This document shows, piece by piece, positions 56,444-64,000 of a stretch of DNA of 64,000 nt. Numbering within the stretch: the stretch's first letter is position 1; every line of letters starts with the position of its first letter. The position numbers and the translations under genes are program-made. A model generated the notes under the pieces. It made no database searches. It was not told where the DNA came from and was given only the letters and a program-made list of their open reading frames with translations. Source of the DNA: a virus. The DNA lies in IMG/VR virus record IMGVR_UViG_3300006947_000003, positions 32,001-96,000 of that record. One strand, 5' to 3'.

Positions 56444-57097
56444 ATGGAAAGAGCATTTGTAATTGGCAACGGTAAATCTCGTATAGGTTTTGATTTGAAT
56501 ACATTAAGGGGAAAAGGAACTATATATGGGTGTAATGCTTTATATAGAGATTTTATGCCTGATGTATTAGTTGCTACAGATGATAAGATACGAGAAGAAA
56601 TAGAATTGTCTGAATTTAATCCAGATGTTTTAGAAAATATACCTGCTAAAATTCCATTTTATACGAGAAGACCTGGAAAAATTATTAAAACGCATCCTGA
56701 CAGAAAATGGCAAGAGTTTGATCATGTGAATAGACATAGTAGAAAAATAGATTATAATTGGGGATATAGTAGTGGCCCTGTTGCTTTAACGTATGCCGCA
56801 TTTGATAGTCATAGATATATTTACTTTATGGGGTTTGACTTAATGGGGATAGGCGATAGGGATAATAATATAAACAATATCTATTCCGGAACAAATGCTT
56901 ATAAGCCAGATACGGCGGCTGCCACCTATTATATGAATTGGGTTGATCAAATTAGACGAATAATGTTAGAGTATACTGATTCTAACTTTACTAGAGTAGG
57001 CGCATTGAATAACTTTGTTCCAGAGAATTGGAGAGAATGTCCGAATCACAGGGAAATCACGTTTGAACAATTTGAAAAAGAAATAAATAATGTATAA
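56444..57097 (+). CDS. MptE/Maf(DUF115)-like protein
   Basis: AFVIGNGKSR, YGCNALYRD..PD.LVA.D, SSGP.A, IY.MGFD. Confidence 0.55.
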   Translation: MERAFVIGNGKSRIGFDLNTLRGKGTIYGCNALYRDFMPDVLVATDDKIREEIELSEFNPDVLENIPAKIPFYTRRPGKIIKTHPDRKWQEFDHVNRHSRKIDYNWGYSSGPVALTYAAFDSHRYIYFMGFDLMGIGDRDNNINNIYSGTNAYKPDTAAATYYMNWVDQIRRIMLEYTDSNFTRVGALNNFVPENWRECPNHREITFEQFEKEINNV

Positions 57098-57110
57098 GGA
57101 TTATTAAAAA

Positions 57111-57842
57111 ATGGCAAAAATATCAGAAAATCGGTTTGACGGGCATTACAAAATTACCACTAGTGGTACAGACTCTAATGTCACAGTAACAACACATTCG
57201 CTTACAGTAGCAGGAAACCTTGTTGTTTCTGGAACTACTACAAGCATTGAAACAACTAATTCAGTAATTGCTGATAACACTATTGTTTTAAATAAAAACG
57301 AATCAGGCGCAGGAGTTACCGCAGTAACGGCAGGTATTGAAATTGAAAGAGGATCGCTTACGAATACTACAATGTTATATGATGATAGCATTGATGCTTT
57401 TACTTTTAAAGAAGGATCCTCATTAACAAATGTAGCAGGAGCAACACCGAGCAGTGGTGATCATCTAGCTACTAAAACGTATGTTGACGGAGTAGCAGGA
57501 TCTGGAATGTCTTTATCAGGTTCAACAAATAATACTATAACAACAATTACTGGAGCAAATGCGTTAATAGGCGAGGCAAATTTAACTTTTGATGGATCAA
57601 CGTTGGCAGTTGCTGGAGCGGCGACTGTGTCGACAACATTAGATGTTACTGGTAATGTTACAACTGATGGACTTTTGAGATTAACACAAACAAGTGACCC
57701 AAGTGCGGTTTCGGGCAAGTCATTAATTTTTGCTAAAGCACCAGGCGGTGGCGGAACAGGAGTTTATGTTCAGGCGCCAACAGGTAATGCAGAAGAAATG
57801 GTAAGTAAGAGTAAAGCAATCGTATACGGATTAATATTTTAG
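57111..57842 (+). CDS. Virion structural/fibre protein
   Basis: GNL.VSGTTT, AGIEIERGS, ATKTYVD, ends SK.KAI.YGLIF; upstream AATAAATA. Confidence 0.6.
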   Translation: MAKISENRFDGHYKITTSGTDSNVTVTTHSLTVAGNLVVSGTTTSIETTNSVIADNTIVLNKNESGAGVTAVTAGIEIERGSLTNTTMLYDDSIDAFTFKEGSSLTNVAGATPSSGDHLATKTYVDGVAGSGMSLSGSTNNTITTITGANALIGEANLTFDGSTLAVAGAATVSTTLDVTGNVTTDGLLRLTQTSDPSAVSGKSLIFAKAPGGGGTGVYVQAPTGNAEEMVSKSKAIVYGLIF

Positions 57843-57851
57843 GAAAACAAA

Positions 57852-58160
57852 ATGGCGTTAGCAAAAGCAACTTTAGGAACAAGCATAGGTACAGTTTATA
57901 CTAGTACAAATGACTCTGCTACTACATCAATATTTTTTACAAATGACAATGCCGCGGCAAGAACTATAAGTGTTCATCTCGTAGCAAATAGTAGCACAGC
58001 AGATGCTACAAATAGAATTATTAAAGAATTATCAATTGATGGCGGAGACACATATATTTTAAGTGCTGAAAAAATTGTATTCGCAAACGGTGATACAATA
58101 CAAGCATTATGTTCAGCGGCAACATCAGTATATGCTAATGTTTCATACGTGAGTATTTAA
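57852..58160 (+). CDS. Small virion structural protein
   Basis: Beta-rich 102-aa ORF within the structural operon. Confidence 0.55.
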   Translation: MALAKATLGTSIGTVYTSTNDSATTSIFFTNDNAAARTISVHLVANSSTADATNRIIKELSIDGGDTYILSAEKIVFANGDTIQALCSAATSVYANVSYVSI

Positions 58161-58162
58161 AA

Positions 58163-58573
58163 ATGGCTTATCATTTAAAGTCTAAATCATCAGGAGTTCC
58201 TACAGCATCTGGTTCTACAGCAGAAAGACCAACTGTTGCTGAAACAGGAGCAATACGGTTTAACACTGACACTACAAGAATGGAATATTATGACGGTTCA
58301 GCTTTTAGGTCTATAACACCTCAAGGTACAGTAGGAATGGTTCTAGATACAGCAACAGGTGACGGTACAGCAACAACATTTACTAATTTTTTCACTACAG
58401 CACCAGCAGACGAAAATAATGTTATTGCTGTTGTAGGCAATGTTCCACAAGAGCCTGATCAAGCATATACTGTTTCAGGTAGAGATATTACATTTACATC
58501 AGCACCTCCAAATGGGCACAGAATTTATGCTTATGCAGGATTTGATTCTACAATTACAAGCACTTTAGCTTAA
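58163..58573 (+). CDS. Virion structural protein
   Basis: GSTAERP...G.IRFN...EYYDG motif plus a GDG..TTF Ig-like unit. Confidence 0.6.
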   Translation: MAYHLKSKSSGVPTASGSTAERPTVAETGAIRFNTDTTRMEYYDGSAFRSITPQGTVGMVLDTATGDGTATTFTNFFTTAPADENNVIAVVGNVPQEPDQAYTVSGRDITFTSAPPNGHRIYAYAGFDSTITSTLA

Positions 58574-58664
58574 TCTTTAATTCATATAAATAACATTGTA
58601 GTAAGATAACTTACTATATTATACCCGGGCTCACCCTGGAATGAAATGAGGTGGAGGAGATTAG

Positions 58665-61600
58665 ATGGCCATAGGAAGAATATCTGGTGCCATGCTTAAG
58701 GCAAATCTTGAGCGATTAGGCAACGACATAGCATTTGAAACAGACTCATTATATATTGACGTAGCCAATGATCGCATAGGTATAAACACAGCCTCCCCCA
58801 CTAAAAGTTTACAAGTAGATAATATTACCCTAGAAGGAAGATCAATCCGTGCGGTTGGTGGTGACTTAGATTTAGGTGCTATAGAAGACATTACTATTAC
58901 TGGCGGCGGTGGAGATCAAGTTTTAACAACTGATGGATCGGGCAATTTAACTTGGACAAGTGTTGCAGGCGGCGGACTAGTTACTGGTAGAGATGTCACA
59001 CTAAGTTGGCCAGATGATAGCACGTTATATCCAACAGGCGCTATTAGAACTTGGTTAGATACTACTAATCTTAGTACAGCAATTGACGATCTAAACGAAT
59101 TATCAAATAATATTATTAATAGTACTGCTGTTTCTAATGTTGACTTCACAGCAGACGTAACATCAGGTGGTGCTGGTATTACAGTAACACTAACAATTAC
59201 AGCAAACGGTAACCCTACACATTATGACATTGACTGGGGTACTGGAGAAACAGCAACAACTAATACAACAGATGCAACACCGTCACACACTTATAATTCA
59301 AATACTAATTCACCATTTAGTGTAACAGTAACAGCAAAAAATAATAGCGGAGCCGGAACAGGTTCTACAAACGCTAAAACAAGAGCAAGTTATATTATTA
59401 TCTATACGTCTACTCCTATAATGGGATTTGCCGCTTATGCCGCCTCGGCAGGTGGATCACCTATTACACAATGGGACGACAATGCTACAATTTACTTCCA
59501 AAACAATACAACAAATACAAGCGGAGCAACAATTCAATATACTTGGGATTGGACAGACAGCGAATCAGATAATGTTGTAAATAGTGATTCAGTGGCTGGT
59601 GGAGTAGGTGGAGCAAGATTGGCTCATACATTTACAGCAAGTACAGAACAAGAACAAACACGAACGGTAAGACTAACATTAGACAGTCATACTACAGCAC
59701 TACCTAGCGAAATACCTAGGAATACTACAACAGCACACAAAATTTACGATACACATACGCCAACTGTTGGGTTGTCTAGTACAACTGGAATTAACGAAGT
59801 AGGAACAAGTGGACATCCTGTAACATTTACAAATAATACAGAAAATACTATTGGTTCTTATTCAACATACGGAACACAATACAGATATACATTTGGTGAC
59901 GGAACTACGCAAACAGTTAATGTTGGTAGTGGAGCATCGGGCGACACAGCTGGCACAATAAGCCACACGTATGCCTTAACAAGTTCTCAAAATGATGCAG
60001 GTACTAATGTAGATTATACAGGTAAGTTAGAAGTATTAAGTAGTCACACTAGTTCACCATTTGCTAGTTCTAACTTCACAGTACACCTTGAACCAGACGT
60101 CAGAGCAGACGTAACGGGCACAGCAATTGTTACAAGTGACAGAACTGGCGACAACCAATATGACTTATATGATTTTACTGATTTATTTGGAAATAACAGG
60201 GCAATGGTTACAACTACTAATGCTACAAAACCAACAACATCTTCTGCTCAATATACATTTAACTGGGCAGATGGCAGTTCAAATGATGTAGTTACTGAAA
60301 ACGGAAGTACGCCAGGTAGTGTAGGGGTAGCATTAACTCATAACTTTGCTGGAGAATCAACCGGTAATTATAATTTAAATTTAGGTGTTGTTTCAACACC
60401 AGACGTAACAGCACAAACAGATAATGATACTGGTATTACATTCCAAATAAATGCGACTCCGTCGGTACCTGCTAATTTAAGTGCTAAAACTATATCAATG
60501 TCTACTAGTAGCAGTGGGTCAAGCCCGTACTTAGCCGCAAGTGCTACTGACAGAAGTGGCGGCAATATACCAGCACAAGGTTCTAGTGTAACAAGATATA
60601 CAGGTTCTAGTTCAGTACAAACAAGTGTTGCCTCAGATGCCTATAATAGTTATACAGGAACAGTTACAGCATTGGTTAACAATGGCGCCAGTGGATCAAA
60701 ATCTTTTTCATCATCAACTGGAGAGACAGGAACATTTACAAGTCTTGTTGTAACAGCAGAAGGCGATGCCCACGATCAAATATCATCAAGCACATATCCA
60801 AGTAATTTTTATCAAGTGTTTAGTGCTAAAGTTAGCCACAGTTTAGGAAGTTTAAGTACGGGATATAATGATTTAGGTTTAAGCCATAATGCCACAGGTG
60901 CTACAAACAAACCAGGATTTGTTTTAGATGATTTAACAGCAACGCCGACTACATCAATCGGTACGGTAACAGAGGGAACTGCTGGATCAAAGAGATATAT
61001 TTCAGGTGTACCGTATTACAATTCGGGATCACCTAGTGTAAATGTTACAGGAACAACAGTAACAAATCTTGTAGGACAAACTTATAGAAACACAAGTTCA
61101 CCTCATGAAGTTGATCCAGCAGATAATGACGAGTCGACTAGTGGTAGCGTAATTAGTAATAACAATTATACATATTCAAATATAGACGGAGCAAGTACGT
61201 TCTTAAATTCAAGTGTACCAATAGCAAACACAGGTGTAGGAGGTGCTTATACATTAGGAACTATTGCTGTACCTATTACAAGCAGTTCAGTTAGCTCGGT
61301 ACAAACTATTAAAGCAAGAACTAAAAACGTTAACGGACAAGGCGGATATAATACAGGCTCAACAAAAATACAAGTACATACAGCAACACCAAGCGGAATT
61401 GTAGAAAGTGCCATTCCGGTTGCGAATAGCTTAGGTAACGGCAGTACACATACAGATGACGGTGTAAGAATCACAGGCTTTGGTGCGGCAAATGACACAC
61501 CTAGTTTCACAGGAAGTACAAATTATTATACAGCAAATCCTTGGAGTGGTTCTCAAACAGTAGCAGGAACACAAGAAGCAATTACACGTTGGGGAACAAT

Positions 61601-62060
61601 AAAACACTTTACAACAGATTTAAGTACTGGTTACTTACCAGCAGGGCCTGATTTAAACACAGGTAGAAGTGGAGCACAATATTATACTTTTGCTTTCCGT
61701 AGAACACCAGCGGCTAACTTTAAATTTAAGTTTAGTGGAAAATTAACAGGTGTGTGGATTGCGGCTCCTGGTTCAGCAATAGATAGTGCTAGTGGTTTAA
61801 GTGGTTGGCTAGACGCCACAGACACTTATGCTGGTAGTGGTGTTCCTGGTAGTGATACAGGCAACGGTGGTAACGGTGGTAACGGTTGTGCCCAAACGTC
61901 AGGCGACAGAATACCTACAGGGTCAACAGTATCAAATGATAGTAGCACATTAACATTGGGTGCTGAAAATATGGCTAACACTACGGGTAATACTGTTTTA
62001 GTTAGAATCAAACTAGTAAGTGGCGATTCGTTAACTGCTTTAGAGATTGAGGATGCTTAA
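58665..62060 (+). CDS. Large virion fibre/decoration protein with PKD-like domains
   Basis: MAIGRISG.MLKANL.R start; repeated W/F-G-D-G...HT[YF] PKD-like units; TATAAATA at 58585-58592. Confidence 0.65.
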   Translation: MAIGRISGAMLKANLERLGNDIAFETDSLYIDVANDRIGINTASPTKSLQVDNITLEGRSIRAVGGDLDLGAIEDITITGGGGDQVLTTDGSGNLTWTSVAGGGLVTGRDVTLSWPDDSTLYPTGAIRTWLDTTNLSTAIDDLNELSNNIINSTAVSNVDFTADVTSGGAGITVTLTITANGNPTHYDIDWGTGETATTNTTDATPSHTYNSNTNSPFSVTVTAKNNSGAGTGSTNAKTRASYIIIYTSTPIMGFAAYAASAGGSPITQWDDNATIYFQNNTTNTSGATIQYTWDWTDSESDNVVNSDSVAGGVGGARLAHTFTASTEQEQTRTVRLTLDSHTTALPSEIPRNTTTAHKIYDTHTPTVGLSSTTGINEVGTSGHPVTFTNNTENTIGSYSTYGTQYRYTFGDGTTQTVNVGSGASGDTAGTISHTYALTSSQNDAGTNVDYTGKLEVLSSHTSSPFASSNFTVHLEPDVRADVTGTAIVTSDRTGDNQYDLYDFTDLFGNNRAMVTTTNATKPTTSSAQYTFNWADGSSNDVVTENGSTPGSVGVALTHNFAGESTGNYNLNLGVVSTPDVTAQTDNDTGITFQINATPSVPANLSAKTISMSTSSSGSSPYLAASATDRSGGNIPAQGSSVTRYTGSSSVQTSVASDAYNSYTGTVTALVNNGASGSKSFSSSTGETGTFTSLVVTAEGDAHDQISSSTYPSNFYQVFSAKVSHSLGSLSTGYNDLGLSHNATGATNKPGFVLDDLTATPTTSIGTVTEGTAGSKRYISGVPYYNSGSPSVNVTGTTVTNLVGQTYRNTSSPHEVDPADNDESTSGSVISNNNYTYSNIDGASTFLNSSVPIANTGVGGAYTLGTIAVPITSSSVSSVQTIKARTKNVNGQGGYNTGSTKIQVHTATPSGIVESAIPVANSLGNGSTHTDDGVRITGFGAANDTPSFTGSTNYYTANPWSGSQTVAGTQEAITRWGTIKHFTTDLSTGYLPAGPDLNTGRSGAQYYTFAFRRTPAANFKFKFSGKLTGVWIAAPGSAIDSASGLSGWLDATDTYAGSGVPGSDTGNGGNGGNGCAQTSGDRIPTGSTVSNDSSTLTLGAENMANTTGNTVLVRIKLVSGDSLTALEIEDA

Positions 62061-63337
62061 TGGCAATTACTGATAGCAAAAAAGTAGATTACCTTTGGAA
62101 GAAGTTAGGTTACGGTGCCACTAAAACTGACACTAATGCGGCCAAGAAAGCACCTAACGAAGCTATATCCTCTCCGTTATTATTAAGAGGTGACAAAGTT
62201 TGGCAACAAGCAAGTGATATACCTGCTGTTATGCCAGGATCAAACACAGCAGTAGTAACAGTCTATCTTACGACAGCTCCGGATGAATGTACAGTAGATG
62301 GTTCAGCAACAGCAAATAGAACATGGAAGACGGGTTTAACAGATTGGATACCACCTGAGATAGGGTCAACATACCAACTAAAAGTTTATGTACATACATC
62401 AGGAAATGCTGGTACGGCCGCAAGTGGCGGTACTCAATTATATGCTACAGGTTCTGGTAATGATGACGAATGGTTCTTTGATTACCAATCAGGTGTTATA
62501 CACTTTATCGGTGCTAACTTACCATATGGTGTTAATTTCTCAGGCAAATCAATTTATGTTTCTGGAGCAAGATACACAGGAACATTTGGTGTAGGTGGAG
62601 CAAGTAGTTCTTTAGGAGACATAACAGCAGAAAATACTACACTTTATACTCCAACAAACTCACACCTTATACTTGAACCTCAAGGAACAGGTATCGTTAA
62701 AATTGATTCTACAGGTTCGATGTTGTTACCAGTTGGTACTACAGCACAAAGACCTAGTTCACCAACAGAGGGTGAAATTAGATATAACTCAACATTAGAT
62801 GTAGTTGAAGTTTTTACAAATGCTACTTGGGAAGAAGTGGGCGATTCTGTTTCAGCAACATTAACACATGAAACATTTGATGGTGACTCTAGTGATACTA
62901 CATTTACTTTAAGTAATAGTGCTTCTACTAATACTGTTTTTGTATCACTTAACGGTGTAGTTCAAGTGCCAACAACAGATTATACTGTAAGCGGAACAAC
63001 TCTAACATTTACAACAGCACCGGCAACTGGTGACAAAATTAGTGTAAAAACTTTCTCAAGTATTACAACTTTAGATAAGATACAAGATGCTGATGGTGAC
63101 ACTAAAATAGAAGTAGAACGTACAGCAGACAACGATACAGTACATATAAAAGTAGCAGGATCTGACAAGTTAACGGTGACATCAACAGTAACAACACATG
63201 CTCAACTAGTACAATTTGCTAGTTATACTACAACACAACGAAACGCTACATCACCTTCAAACGGTACTGTAATATATAACTCCACAGATGACAAGTTCCA
63301 GGGATATGCTGGCGGATCATGGGTTAATTTACACTAA
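62060..63337 (+). CDS. Virion structural/fibre protein
   Basis: WFFDYQSGV.HF, LPVGTTAQRP...G.IRYN, Ig-like unit, IQDADGDTKI.VE, G..IYN...FQGY...W..L. Confidence 0.6.
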   Translation: MAITDSKKVDYLWKKLGYGATKTDTNAAKKAPNEAISSPLLLRGDKVWQQASDIPAVMPGSNTAVVTVYLTTAPDECTVDGSATANRTWKTGLTDWIPPEIGSTYQLKVYVHTSGNAGTAASGGTQLYATGSGNDDEWFFDYQSGVIHFIGANLPYGVNFSGKSIYVSGARYTGTFGVGGASSSLGDITAENTTLYTPTNSHLILEPQGTGIVKIDSTGSMLLPVGTTAQRPSSPTEGEIRYNSTLDVVEVFTNATWEEVGDSVSATLTHETFDGDSSDTTFTLSNSASTNTVFVSLNGVVQVPTTDYTVSGTTLTFTTAPATGDKISVKTFSSITTLDKIQDADGDTKIEVERTADNDTVHIKVAGSDKLTVTSTVTTHAQLVQFASYTTTQRNATSPSNGTVIYNSTDDKFQGYAGGSWVNLH

Positions 63338-63426
63338 AATTCTAACTACCTACATAACTTTGGCCAAAACTGTATAAATAACTATACAAAGAAACCTTAC
63401 AATCTTTAAATAAAGGAGTTGTGAAA

Positions 63427-64000
63427 ATGGCTGTAACTAGAATAAAAACGAATCAGATTACTGATTTAGCAGTAACAGAAGGCAAAATTGCAAATAATGC
63501 GATTACGGCTGGAAAACTTGCTAATTCAATAACATATGGTTCGAACTTAACTATATCTGGTAACTTAACAGTTTCAGGAACTACTACTACTGTAAACAGT
63601 ACGAATACTACAGTAGCGGATCCTTTGATGGTACTATCCTCTGGAGCAACAGGCTCAGCGTCAGTAGACACTGGTTTGATTACAGAGCGTGGAGATGATA
63701 CAAACGTATTTATAGGTTGGGACGAAAGTGCCGATCAATTCGTTGTAGGATCCACGTCAGAAACAGGCTCAACAGCAGGTAATGTTACCATTTCAGCGTA
63801 TTCGGCTTTACAAGCTGGTTCTTTAATTGTTGACAATACTACTCTTGATGCTAATGGAATAACCACTAGTTCAGGAGATTTTACACTAAATCCGGCAGGG
63901 AACATCGCGGCAGGCAGTAATAGAATTACTGGCGTCACGGATCCATCGTCGGCTCAAGACGCGGCTACAAAAGCCTACGTTGATTCTCAATTGGGATCAG
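63427..64000 (+). CDS. Virion fibre protein (runs off window end)
   Basis: Not in ORF track. ATG 63427 after AAGGAG and TATAAATA (63373-63380): MAVTRIKTNQITDLAVTEGKIANNAIT...GWDES.D.F...DAATKAYVD. Confidence 0.7.
   Translation, partial: MAVTRIKTNQITDLAVTEGKIANNAITAGKLANSITYGSNLTISGNLTVSGTTTTVNSTNTTVADPLMVLSSGATGSASVDTGLITERGDDTNVFIGWDESADQFVVGSTSETGSTAGNVTISAYSALQAGSLIVDNTTLDANGITTSSGDFTLNPAGNIAAGSNRITGVTDPSSAQDAATKAYVDSQLGS

Noticed and set aside
1-64000. Stop-codon reassignment as in some large phages
   Set aside because: Core genes are full length and densely packed under the standard code; TAA, TAG and TGA all end genes.

Overview
This window is 64 kb of an AT-rich, large (probably jumbo) T4-related myophage genome, read in the standard genetic code. 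From left to right it holds: (1) a minus-strand glycan-modification/redox island (1-7108) behind a consensus sigma70 promoter; (2) a minus-strand baseplate/tail module (7198-35536) with a 4329-aa wedge protein, gp6, gp25, a PAAR protein carrying a HExxH extension, gp5-like, hub and gp53-like genes; (3) late sigma gp55, gp47 and gp46; (4) an inserted four-enzyme operon (adenylate-forming ligase, SAM methyltransferase, B12 radical SAM, probable 2OG-Fe oxygenase); (5) an Hc1-like histone gene missing from the ORF track and a Holliday junction resolvase; (6) a 13-bp tandem array followed by about 330 nt of densely hairpinned non-coding DNA; (7) a tail-chaperone gene pair joined by a likely -1 frameshift, then the tape measure gene; (8) the head module (gp20, gp21, gp22, gp23) and a run of virion fibre/decoration genes. 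Many T4-type late promoters (TAAATA) are visible, and three sit exactly 5 nt before an ATG. I found no tRNA, rRNA, CRISPR array or IS element. All family calls rest on motifs recognised by eye, not on database searches.
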